DNA of 63,450 bases, counting the filler. It is 13 parts of 13 records of this genome, joined end to end, with 100 filler letters (N's around TTAATTAATTAA, not from the genome) between each part and the next. Parts side by side here need not be neighbours in the genome. Positions count along the whole stretch, not along the records: positions 44,426 to 47,724 come from SRR7504441_56460; positions 47,825 to 51,156 come from SRR7504441_56843; positions 51,257 to 54,915 come from SRR7504441_56845; positions 55,016 to 59,911 come from SRR7504441_56859; 9 more parts are not named here. One strand, written 5' to 3'. The position numbers and the translations under genes are program-made. The notes beneath the pieces were generated by a model. It had not been told where the DNA came from and made no database searches. It saw nothing but the letters and a program-made list of their open reading frames with translations. This document shows, one piece after another, positions 44,426-55,087 of the stretch. How positions within the stretch are numbered: position 1 is the first letter of the stretch; each line of letters opens with the position of its first letter.

Positions 44426-45222
44426 GGGGCCTGCCGCCCTGTGATCTCTGTAGCCGCCTGGATCAGCCCAGCAGGGCTATCGGCGTGCAGCACAGTCATG
44501 TTGAGCTCGGTGCTGAGCACCTGCACTGTGCTTGTGTTGTCGGCTGTGAAGTCAAAAACAGATGGCTGCGGGCTTGTCACCATAACGCTGGTCAGCCTAG
44601 AGGTAAGGTAGTGCGGCGCAAAGGCATACGTGGTCTGCCAGCTGCCGCCAGCCCCGGCCTCTATCCTGTCCAGCACGGCGGTCAGCGGCTGGACACCACG
44701 GCCGATCCCCTGCTCGCTGCTCATCGCGAGCACCGCAGACCCCTTCAGGTTGTACCGGGTGTATTGCTCGCCGAGCCCAACGATCGCCTCGTCCCGAACC
44801 GAGTCCAAGTGCAGGCTCACCCGATTGTAGCCGCCCCCAGACACTCTGACGGCCAGCGCCAGCCGCTGGGCCGAGTCTTGCCTGATGAGCAGCTCGGCAC
44901 TCGCGTCGCACAGCTTTACAACGAAACCGCCTGGGATGCTGCGGGGCGGACCCGGCTGGGTGCAGCTGCCCGTTTGGTTCTCGGTCCGGCTGAACATGCC
45001 GTCGGCTTCCTGCCAGGTGGTCTCGACTCGCTCGGCGGACAGCCAGCTCGACTCCCGGCTCGACTCGATCACAACTCGGGCACCGCTGGTCACACGGAGC
45101 GACCGGTCGGACACCGTCACCTCGAACGACCCAGTGCGGAAGGTAGCGCCCGCAACCAGCCCAAGGCTGCACAGCAAAGCGAGCGCTGCACAGGTCGTGT
45201 TCAAACACGCTCGCGCCGCCAT
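44426..45222 (-). CDS. GH31 glycosidase N-terminal part, YihQ/sulfoquinovosidase-like; 3' end cut
   Basis: Signal peptide; EAIVGLGEQYTRYNLKG, SEQGIGRG, TTYAFAPHYLTS, ITGRQ. Confidence 0.75.
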
Positions 45223-45385
45223 CGCGGTGTTTTTTCGAGCAAAGAAACGCTTAACTGCATGGGTTCAAATAATGATTTTTAGACCAACTTTTATTGCATC
45301 TTGAGGACTTAAACCACCCACGGGAAGTAGTAGTACCACCCAGGGGGGCACAAGCAAAACTTGTTAAAATCATTGAACGGCTCGA

Positions 45386-46360
45386 TCACACCGCGATCCC
45401 TGAGCATTGCGGAAGCGCAAACTCGCTCGCCGCCTTGCCCTTGTCGCTATCATCAAAGAAGATCTCCGCGATCCAGCCTGGGGCCTCGCTCCCGTGCTTG
45501 CTCATCAGCTCAGCCTCAGCCTCGTGCTCCCTCAGCTGCAGCTCTATCTCGCTTGAGGGCATCCCCGCCATCACCATCTTGCGCTTGGCCTGCACCATCT
45601 GGGCCTCCCGCCGCTGGCGCTGGACCCGCTTGATCACGTCCCGGTAGAACTTGCCGGTGGCAAAAAAGTAAACGTGCACTGCGGCGTACCCGGCTGCTAC
45701 TAAGCCAAGCGGCACAAACAGCACAATCGCAACTGAATGCGTCAAGCTAAGCCGCAGCCGCTGCTCGTACGAGTAGCCGCCAAACGCCGCATAATCGGCC
45801 GAGGCCGCCACCAGCGTGCAGTAGGCCAGGGCCGAGAGGGCCAGCCCGGCCGAGCTGAGTGTAGCCACAAACAGCCGCCGGTTCTTTGCCCCAACGCACA
45901 CCCCCACGATGAAGCAGTGGTGGTCGTGCTGCAGCACGCACACCCCGCAGGTGCGGCAGTGGTGCGCCCCCGCCGGCTTGGCCGGCCTGCCCTCGCAGAA
46001 CTCGCACCGCCGGTCGTCGGACTCGATCAGCGGCCCGTCTGCGGGCACCACAACGCCTGGGTCCACCACGCGAAGCCGCCACGTCCCGGCTATAGCCAGC
46101 GCCCCGAGCCCGTACCCGAGCCCGTATCCCCAGGGCACCAGCCCGGCCCGGCCGTGGTTCCGGAGGGCGGTGACGATCGCGAGCTGAATGTACCCCACGA
46201 ACAGGCCCCCGAACACGGCCACCCGGACCGGCAGCCGGAGCCGGGAGGGCAGCGCCCGGTTGAGTCGGTGCAACGGGCGGATCAGCAGGGCCTTGCCGCA
46301 CGAGAGCAGCCCGCATGAGACCAAGGGCAGCGCCAGCAGCCAGCGCCAGTGCGGGCCCAT
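45386..46360 (-). CDS. DHHC palmitoyltransferase, intronless
   Basis: DPG, CEFC..KPAGAHHCRTCGVCVLQHDHHCFIVGVCVGAKNRRLF. Confidence 0.93.
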   Translation of the reverse strand: MGPHWRWLLALPLVSCGLLSCGKALLIRPLHRLNRALPSRLRLPVRVAVFGGLFVGYIQLAIVTALRNHGRAGLVPWGYGLGYGLGALAIAGTWRLRVVDPGVVVPADGPLIESDDRRCEFCEGRPAKPAGAHHCRTCGVCVLQHDHHCFIVGVCVGAKNRRLFVATLSSAGLALSALAYCTLVAASADYAAFGGYSYEQRLRLSLTHSVAIVLFVPLGLVAAGYAAVHVYFFATGKFYRDVIKRVQRQRREAQMVQAKRKMVMAGMPSSEIELQLREHEAEAELMSKHGSEAPGWIAEIFFDDSDKGKAASEFALPQCSGIAV

Positions 46361-46446
46361 TTCCGCCGAATATTTTTTATTCGACCGCCGGTAATCGCGC
46401 GGTAATAATATTAGTGTCAGAGGCGCTCCGGTGACAGTCACCGAGC

Positions 46447-47724
46447 ATGGGATGCGGGGCCTCATCTCAGCCGGCCGACCAGGTCCCCTCGACCAGCACG
46501 CCGCCTTCCGTCAACCAGCCCAACCCAGCCCCGAATCTCGCGGTAAACCCGGGGCCGGTGGGCCTCGACGAGCCCACCCCGGCTCCGAAGCCCGCAGCGC
46601 CCGATGTGCGGGCTGTCAGCGTGGAGCCAGTGGAGCTGAGCTGGGCGGGGGTGAAGGACCTGTGGTTCACCACGGGGGACATGTCCCGCGGGCAGGCGCT
46701 GGTCCGGCTAAAGGACAAGGTCGACAGCTTCGGGCCTGTGCTCCGCGAGCTTTACCAGCGGTACAGCCAGGAGGACAAGCCATCCCCTGACCTACAGGGC
46801 TTCCGCCGGCTAGTGACCAACTCAGGGCTGGAGATATACGAGGATGAGGTGACCAACCATTACCTCGAGGTGTGCGGATATCCGACCGATCAGGACGGGG
46901 ACCCCACCGAAGACGAGCAGGCCTGCGCGATGGTGCCGTGCTCGCTCGGCCAGTTTGCGGCTGTGCTGGTTCGGCTGGCGAACGCCTATCTGTTAGCTAA
47001 CGTCGGGCACTGCGAGATGTCGCTTGACGAACAGTTCTCCCGAGTGTTGGCGCAGCACCTGCCCGCACTCGGGATCGAACCAGCCGCGATAGCGGCCGCC
47101 ACAGCTGCCCCGTGCGCCCCCGACTGCCGCTGGTGGCTTATCGCGGGCCAGGGGGCGAGGGGACGAGTTCTTCAAGCCGCCAGAGGGGTTCGAGACTCTG
47201 GATTCGCCGGAGTGCTTTCTGGAGTTTGGGGACGGCAGCAGCAGCTGGGGGAGGGTACGGGTCAAACTGGATAACCGGCGGGCTCCCAAGACAGCGTATA
47301 ATTTTGCAATGCTGTGCACGGGGGTGCCCCATGGCGCTGTTGACCACTGAGGCTGGCAGCAGGAGCGGGGTAAAGGTGTGCTGTGTGGCAAGCCACTGCA
47401 TTTCAAGGGCTGTCCAGTGCACCGGGTGGTGCCAGGGATGTGCATACAGTCGGGAGACATAGATGCTGGCAACGGATTCGGTGGGCCTGCCAGCAGAGTC
47501 CCGCCTGAGTTGAGCTCAGGCGGTGAGAGTATCTACGGAGGTGAATTTGAGGACGAGAGTTTTGAGATGAAACACGACCAGCCAGGCGTGCTCAGCATGG
47601 CCAATAACGGACCCCACAGCAATAGCTCGCAGGTTAGATCCTGGGCGAGCTTTATGGTGCTGAACGTGGGGCAGTTTTTTATTACGACTGCGGCGGCCCC
47701 GAGCTTAGACGGGGAAAATTGTGG
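46447..47724 (+). CDS. Cyclophilin-type PPIase with long N-terminal extension starting MGCGAS; 3' end cut
   Basis: [63 protein letters not shown]. Confidence 0.92.
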
Positions 47725-48096
47725 NNNNNNNNNNNNNNNNNNNNNNNNNNNNNNNNNNNNNNNNNNNNTTAATTAATTAANNNNNNNNNNNNNNNNNNNN
47801 NNNNNNNNNNNNNNNNNNNNNNNNGGCTGCTCTGGGCCGTCTGGACTTGTGCCCCGCACTCGGGTGCGGCAAGATGGGCCTCGGTGGTGGCCCGGCTATC
47901 GGATCCGAGGTTTCCGAGCCTCAACCCGCCGGTCTACGCGCCGACCCGAGCGGATTGAGCGGCGGCGACCACCCGTAACTCAATTCACGTTATTATAATA
48001 GTAAAACCTGCCGGCAGTACAGTTCTCGTAAGCATGAAAGCCGTCACTACACGCACTAACAACGTGTGTGCTGATACGAGTACGTATCGTACGTAA

Positions 48097-50536
48097 TCAC
48101 AGACCTTTTTCTAACATGAAAGCGACTTCCTCAGCTAGCGACATCTTTGCAAAGAACGCCCCATCGTTCTTCTTGACCGCCAGATAGGCCGGTCCGAGCT
48201 TTGGCCCAAGCGTGTCCAGCAAGACGCTGTCTGCCTGAAGCGACTCAATCGCAGCATCCAAAGAGGCCGGGAGCGATCGGCATCCCGCGGCCGCCGGGTC
48301 CCCCTCCACCTACAAGATCCAAATAAACACAAATCCGGGCAGCAATCGACCTGCTCGCACAGCTCCAGATGTCTTGAAAGCCCGTCCAAGCCCGCAGCAA
48401 GCACCATCGCAACGGCCAGGTAAGGGTTGGTCATCCCATCGACAGTCTTGACCTCAAAATGCGGCTCGCGCCCAGCCACAAGCCGGATCGCGGCCTCCTT
48501 GTTCTCCACTCCCCAGCACTGATATGCTCCAGCCCAGCAGCCGGGCGCGATTCGGGCAAACGAGTTGTTCGTGGGGCAACTCACTGCAAGCAAACCTGGG
48601 AGGTGCTCGAGCACTCCGGCGATGAACTCGCGGCCCGGCGCGGAGAGCCCGCCATGCCCGTCCCCGAGCTGTCGGCCGTCATCCGAAGTGAAGCTCCAGT
48701 GCATGTGCATCCCACTCCCGGCATGCTCCTCTGACAGCTTTGGGACAAAGGTCGCCCGCAGCCCTCGACGGCTGCCCGCGCTGTCAGCGAGTGGGTCTAA
48801 GGCTGGCGCCTGGCTGCGGCTTGAATCGTCTCCTTGGCCGCCACCACCCGGTCTGCCGCCTCAACCGGCGAGCAATGCTGGAGCACCACCTGACGGCCGA
48901 TCAGCCGGATCGAGGCTCGGGACGCCTCAAACTGCCCAGGCGCCGACTCGGCATGCAGCAGCTCCACACAGACCCTCTGCTGCTCAAGCTGGGTCGAGAT
49001 CTGCCGGCACACTCACCCGACTGCGGCCAGCCAGCGACACCTCGAGCAGTAGCTCGTGCTGGCCATCCATGCTCGCCCCACTCGCCCAGTTGAGCCGATC
49101 CACCGGCTCTCCACTCCGCGCGTCCAACAGACAGAACTCAAGCTCCACTCCCACACGCGCACACAACCCGCTCGCAGCCGCTCTGGCGACCACCGACCGC
49201 ATGATCGAGCGCGGACAGAGCAGCCGATCACTCAGCTCGCCCATCACCGCGGCGTGCCCAGGCGCAAAGGGGAGCACCCGCAGAGTGGCGAGCGCCGGCC
49301 TGAGCTGGAGTGTGCCCGTAGGAGTGAGTCCCGAGCCGGGAGCAGGCCCGTCTTTGTGCAGCGGCAGTGCGAGCGCGCAGGTGCACATGCCCACGCCAGC
49401 CAGCAGCGCCCTGTAGCCTCGGGCGACCGGCACGGCCTTGGTGCGCAGCTGGCCGCCGGAGTCAACCATGCTCACTCGGACAAGTTTGACGCCGGCAGCC
49501 TCGAGCGCCACCGCCATCGCCGCCGCCGCCGCCTCCAGCGAGACAACATCATCCAGCGGTGGATCGGGCACAGCAGTGGCCACAGGGCCGGCCTCTCCCG
49601 GCGCCGGTGAGCCCTTAGGGCTGGTGAGCTCTGCGACCGCTTGCTCGCACGATGAGGCCGGCGCCAGTGAGGGCTGAGGGCTGGTGAGCTCTGCAACTGC
49701 TTGCTCGCACGTTATGCACCTGCGTACCCGCTCGAGCGGGGCAGGCCGGCGGGACCTGCTGAAGCCGCTCATCCCCGCGAGCCCCGCCGCGTGCTCCGAG
49801 GCCGAATTGGCCGCCGACCTGTCGCCCACTCATCATACTGACCAGCCAGTGCGGCGCACCCGTCCTCGAGGACCGTGACTAAGAAGCCCAGGTCGGCTGC
49901 GTCACGCACAGCCGACTCCACACATTGGTTGGTCCTGCCGTCAGGCTCAACAGCATCAGCGGAAGCGGGCGGCCCACAGCTGCCCGGCCACCACCAGCTG
50001 GCGCACCCCGAGGTTGCGGAGCACGTAGTTGATGTTAGTCGAGTTGAACACGGAGCAGCTCGTTTTTGGGAAGATAAGGTCGTCCGTCTCTGGCTGCAGA
50101 CTCGGGAGCACCTGACCCCGTGTCGGGCAAGCGGCCTGCATCTGTACCTGAGCGTCCGGGCTGCCCTTGGGCACGTGTAGCGGGCCCGACAGCTTGTAGT
50201 CTAGCGAGGCGTCCCGGCCGTCGTGCGTCATGGCCTCGATGACAGTGTAAAGCACCTGACCAGGCGCTCAGCCGCTGGCACAGCCACGGCCGATGCCTGC
50301 GCGCCTGCCAACCGTGCAGCGGCCAGCACCGGGGGCAGTGTGCGGCAGATCAGGTCGATCCGATCGAAAAAGTACTCCATTTCGCCCCGGGTTACCTCCG
50401 CGTGGCAGCCGCGGCCAGGCACGGAAGCGTACTGCTGCACGTCGACGATTAGCACCCCGGTCCGGGCTGGGTCCAGCGGCAGGTCGCGCGAGGCCTCAGG
50501 TGGCACCGTGTGCGGGTGCCCGAAAGCCTCCGCCAT
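48097..50536 (-). CDS. Isochorismatase-family cysteine hydrolase fused to a glutamine synthetase-like (gamma-glutamyl ligase) domain, multi-exon
   Basis: IVDVQ / FPKT / TNQCVESAVRDAADLG triad, then no stop into GVELEF, HAESAPGQFE, GSGMHMHWS, WGVENKEAAIR, FEVKTVDG, NPYLA. Confidence 0.87.
49617..49711. repeat. 35-bp direct repeat, 60-bp period, 2 mismatches, encoding CEQAVAELTSP twice
   Basis: 49617-49651 versus 49677-49711. Confidence 0.9.
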
Positions 50537-50817
50537 GAGCAAGTAACCGGCCTGCTCACAAAAGGAAGGTGGCTGTTACATCGGACACAAGATCAGTCTC
50601 GGCAAGGCTTCCAGGGCGAAGGTGGCTATTTCCAAAATAGTAACAATTGCGAGTTTATGGGAGCAAGGATCAATTCTTAGTTGGAGGTCGGCCTGGGGTG
50701 AGGCCAAGCAACTTCACTCTACAACATCTTCATCTACGGCTGTACGCGGACTCTGTATTCTCCTCGGCAGAATTTTATTTGTTTTTGTTTTCGAGTTTCC
50801 CGAAGTGAGACGGGATC

Positions 50818-51156
50818 ATGAGCAGCGGGACACCGAGCAGGCGGGGCGCCCCAGGCAAGCCGGAGTGGGATGCCGAGCGAGAGTACACCCAGAAGCTATC
50901 GGATAAGATCCAGAGCCAGGCCCGCGAGCTGCAGCTCCAGGTGCACCAGCTGGCCGAGCACGAGGGTTACAAGCAGATCGTCGAGGCCCGGCTGCTCCAG
51001 CTCAGCCCCAGCCACCCACTCCCGGTCACACAGCGGCATCTGGTCTCCGGGGCCGCCAAAAACGCCACCCCCAAAGCCGGCCGGCTGGAGAGCAAGCTGA
51101 AGGAGGCCGAGGACGAGCTCGAGCGGCGAGCCGATCAGATTGCCACGCTCGAGGCC
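50818..51156 (+). CDS. Coiled-coil protein, 3' end cut
   Basis: KIQSQARELQ..YKQIVEARLLQLSPSHPLPV. Confidence 0.65.
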
Positions 51157-51256
51157 NNNNNNNNNNNNNNNNNNNNNNNNNNNNNNNNNNNNNNNNNNNN
51201 TTAATTAATTAANNNNNNNNNNNNNNNNNNNNNNNNNNNNNNNNNNNNNNNNNNNN

Positions 51257-51808
51257 CTCCTCCAGTTTGGCCACGGAGCTCCCACACAGCTCCTTGGACC
51301 GGTGCAGACCCCTTCTCAGCACATCGATCCGGGACCTCCACTTGCCCGGCAACCGCCCGCCCACCCGTGCGCTGTGCTCGCTCAGTCGGTGCTCCAGCCG
51401 ACCGATCCTCTCCCGCAGCATCCCGCTCTCCAGTCCGTGCGCCTCGCCCGCCCGCTTGGTCCATCTGCGCTCGCTGGCCTCCACAGCCTTGGTCAGTCTT
51501 TCCCCAGCCGTCCCGGCCCGCCAGGCCGACAAAGCTCGGCCCAGCCCGGTCGGCCGCTCTAGCACCGCACACACCAGCGCCCCTGGCCGCCAGGCTGCCC
51601 CGACCGCCTCAGCCCGCCGGTTGATCCTGTCGACGTACTGATCGAGAACCGGTGCGGGCCGCGGTCGGGCTAACTCCAGCTCGAGCCGCTTGACTTGGGC
51701 GGCCAGCGCCTCGTTCTCGATGATCGCCCGGCTCAGTGCCGGGGCCGCCGACCAGCGCTCAAACGCCCAGCCCAGCCGGCCGGCCAGAGCCGATCCCTTC
51801 CGGCGCAT
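51257..51808 (-). CDS. Hypothetical coiled-coil protein, 3' end cut
   Basis: ORF open to the spacer; ENEALAAQVKRLELEL, LRERIGRLEHRL. Confidence 0.5.
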
Positions 51809-51834
51809 TCCAGCCGAGCTGCTGAAAGTCCGTT

Positions 51835-53562
51835 ATGATCCAAATGGTGCTGCTGCCGGCGTTGCTCGGCCTTCTCGTCGGTGGGGCGGCCCAGCCGATG
51901 GCCCGCACCTCGGGCGGGGCGGTGCTCGGAGTCCAGCTTCCGGGCGGGGAGGAGGGCGCCGTGCCGGTCCATCAGTTCCTCGGACTGCCCTTCGCCACTG
52001 CCAGGCGCTGGGAGCCGCCCGAGGACTTCAAGGGGCGGTACCCACACCAGCCGCTCAACGGCACGATGTGGGGCCGGGCCTGCCTGCAGGTGGGTGACGA
52101 CCCGTCCACCACCTACGGGGCCGAGCGCGACTGCCTGGTGGCCAACGTCTGGACGCCCGCGGTCCGGGCGGCAGAGCGGCTGCCGGTGCTGGTTTTCATC
52201 TTCGGAGGCTCCAATCAGTTCGGAGAGGCTGAGCCTTACAACATGTCCGGGCTGGCTGCGTTCCACCAGACCGTGTGTGTCAGCTTCAACTACCGGACCG
52301 GTCCCATCGGCTGGATGGCGTTCGAGGAGGATGTCCGGGCCAACAGGAGTACGGGCAACTGGGGCATGCTCGACATCCAGTCGGCGCTACGCTGGGTGCA
52401 GCGCGAGGCGGCCAGCTTTGGCGGCGACAAGAGCAAGGTGGCCATCCACGGCCAGTCATCGGGTGGCGGCCTGGTTGAGCTGCAGTATGTCTCGCCTGGG
52501 GCCAGTGGTCTTTTCAGGGGCGCAATCTCGGAGAGTGGCAGCCTGGGGTCCACGCCTCTAGCTGAGGCGCTGGCGAATGGCCGGGCGGCGGCGGCTTCAG
52601 TGGGCTGCTCCGGGTCCGGTGCCAAGCAGTGCATGGCGCAGCTTGGGGGACTCGCGATCACAAACTTGACCTACCCATTCAGCTGGGGGCCAGTGACTGA
52701 CGGTGTAGTGCTGCCCTACGACCCCATGCTCATGCTCAAGCACGGGCGTGTCAATCCGGCTCGGGTGATCCTCGGGGCCCAGACCAACGATTCTTTCTAC
52801 TTTCTCTCCCAAGACTACACGAGGGGTGGTGCAGGACAGCCGAATGATTACCCCGACGGGCACCTCCGCCCGATCGGGGCTCGAGAGTACCGGCAGGCGG
52901 TGAAGCAGGCGGCGGGCGGTGGGCTGCTCCGGCGGGCGCTCGAGCTCTACCCAGCTGACCAGTTTGCAAGTATACGGAATGTGCACTCGCTGGGGAGGAT
53001 CCAATCCGACCAGATGCATTGCGGGGCACGGGCGCGGGCCCGGCTGGTGAGCAAGGTGACGGGCGGGTTTGTGTACCGGTTCAATTACTGGTACCAGTCA
53101 AACCCTCAGTGCACCGCCGTCCCAAACTTTCACCTGGACTACCTGGGTGCTGTGCACCAGGACGAGGTAACTTTCGTGCTCGGACAGCCCAACTTTATGA
53201 ACGATGGCTCGTGTTGTGGCGTGTGGGGGCTCTCCCAGGGCCAAGAGAGCTGCTCGAAACAGCCGCGGTGCACCCGCTGCTACAACACCAGCCTGGGACT
53301 GGGCTACCGGGCATACTTTGATCAGAAGGAGTTTGATTTCGCGCGAGTTGTCGGGCGATTCTGGACCAACTTTGCGGCTTCCGGCGACCCCAACACTCGA
53401 GATGGAGGCAGTGCCAGCCGAGTGGCGTGGCCGGCCATCCAAGAGGGTGGGATTGTGCTCGATGCCAACTTGGAGCACGGCGCTGAGCCGGAGGCCGAGC
53501 TGTACGGCAAGCCGGCCGTGTGCAAACTCTGGGCCGCTGTGAACCGAGAGCAAGGAGTGTAA
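51835..53562 (+). CDS. Secreted type-B carboxylesterase/cholinesterase-family protein, intronless
   Basis: FLGLPFA, DCLVANVWTP, PVLVFIFGG, NYRTG, GNWGMLD, FGGD, GQSSGG, AISESG, HQDE, WTNFAASGDPN. Confidence 0.95.
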   Translation: MIQMVLLPALLGLLVGGAAQPMARTSGGAVLGVQLPGGEEGAVPVHQFLGLPFATARRWEPPEDFKGRYPHQPLNGTMWGRACLQVGDDPSTTYGAERDCLVANVWTPAVRAAERLPVLVFIFGGSNQFGEAEPYNMSGLAAFHQTVCVSFNYRTGPIGWMAFEEDVRANRSTGNWGMLDIQSALRWVQREAASFGGDKSKVAIHGQSSGGGLVELQYVSPGASGLFRGAISESGSLGSTPLAEALANGRAAAASVGCSGSGAKQCMAQLGGLAITNLTYPFSWGPVTDGVVLPYDPMLMLKHGRVNPARVILGAQTNDSFYFLSQDYTRGGAGQPNDYPDGHLRPIGAREYRQAVKQAAGGGLLRRALELYPADQFASIRNVHSLGRIQSDQMHCGARARARLVSKVTGGFVYRFNYWYQSNPQCTAVPNFHLDYLGAVHQDEVTFVLGQPNFMNDGSCCGVWGLSQGQESCSKQPRCTRCYNTSLGLGYRAYFDQKEFDFARVVGRFWTNFAASGDPNTRDGGSASRVAWPAIQEGGIVLDANLEHGAEPEAELYGKPAVCKLWAAVNREQGV

Positions 53563-54082
53563 CTTATTGAGTACTTGTAGGGTGCCCTTCACAGTGCCGC
53601 TTGGACGACTCATTGACGAAATCTGTCAAACTACGAGGTACTTGTACTAACTTGTAACCAGCCGGTTTCAGCCGGAGATAGACTCTACGAGTATGGCATT
53701 ACAAGTAGTCTATACTTAGCACAATCAATAATTATATGCTCGAAGTAAACTAGTTGTGAATGATATCTTTTATTGGCTCAACGGCTTGGTGTGGTTGTAA
53801 GCTTATACGATCGCAGCAAATCTTAATGTAGCACATATTGAATTAATAGGATTTAGAATCTATTCTACAACGTTCACCGCTATCTCAAGTATTCAAGGGC
53901 ATTCATCTCTCCTTCATTGAGATAGGTGTTACGGTATACGTACGGCTTGCGCTTTATGACGTAAGAGCGGATTTTATTCGCACTGCCCGGACGATCTAAC
54001 GTGTAGCGCGCCGCGGGTGGTCGTAAGCCGTCACCAGCGACCTACCAGCGACCAGTCCAGGCATCGGTCGCGCAGATTTTCG

Positions 54083-54915
54083 CTAAGCACTATCCGCAGC
54101 ATAGTCCAAGTTGAACAGAAACAGTCCGTATCTGATCCCTGCAATGTGTTGGCTCACCCCATGAGGGATGGTGTTGTCGTGGATCGTGCAGCTGCCTGGC
54201 TTCCTCGATGGACACATGAACCCATTCCGCGTGGCATATACGAGCTGACCACCGGTGCACTCGCCTAACTGGTTCAGCGGCACTTGCATCGTCTTGTGAC
54301 TGACGTCGGTGTGGAAGTTGATACACTGCGGCGCTTCTGTGCATGGGGCCACACGCCTCAACTTGATCTCATGCACCGGGGCACCTGAGCAGCAACCACA
54401 TTCAACAAGAAGCCTCTGTTAACACTCACCGAACAGGTTGTACAGCGAGCGGAGCTGATCCAGGTCGACTAGCTCCTCGAGATCCTGTGGGGGCAACACA
54501 ATCTTGTCGTCCTTCACACCTCGAGAGTGCAACTGCTCTGCACGATCTATCAGTCTCTCTATGGACCGCTGGTCCAAAACAGGCTCCTCATGCTTGCGGA
54601 AGTCGTTATGACCTTCTGCCTGCAACGCACGTACGACCATGAGCGAGTCCTCAATCGATGCCTCGCTACAGTTGCACGAGCCATCCAAGAACTCAGTGCC
54701 GACTTCACCAGAATGTATGCCCCAGGTACCGATGTCGTCGTCGTCCGAGAGTGGGTCTGGTCGATCACCAGTCTGGACGTCGTCCGACCCGGTCCTATGA
54801 CCTGCGGGCCTTCGGTGAACCTTGGTCTCCCGCTTGGCCCCCGAGACTAGGTGCCAGCGACCGTTTCCGTCCAGCTCCTGCCCTCCCCGTTGAGTAACCC
54901 GCCCTGGCTGGCCGC
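54083..54915 (-). CDS. 2OG-Fe(II) oxygenase (prolyl-hydroxylase-like), 5' end cut, multi-exon
   Basis: INFHTD, TMQVPLN, GGQLVY, HGVS, RYGLF. Confidence 0.8.
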
Positions 54916-55087
54916 NNNNNNNNNNNNNNNNNNNNNNNNNNNNNNNNNNNNNNNNNNNNTTAATTAATTAANNNNNNNNNNNNNNNNNNNNNNNNNNNNN
55001 NNNNNNNNNNNNNNNAAAGGTATAATAAATACACAAGATACAGAATGCGTTTATTAAGGCCACTGGTACAGTAACTCTGCAACTCTC

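Noticed and set aside
35374-45222. Apparent CAZyme cluster (GH31, GH32, GH31)
   Set aside because: The genes lie on three different contigs; adjacency is artificial
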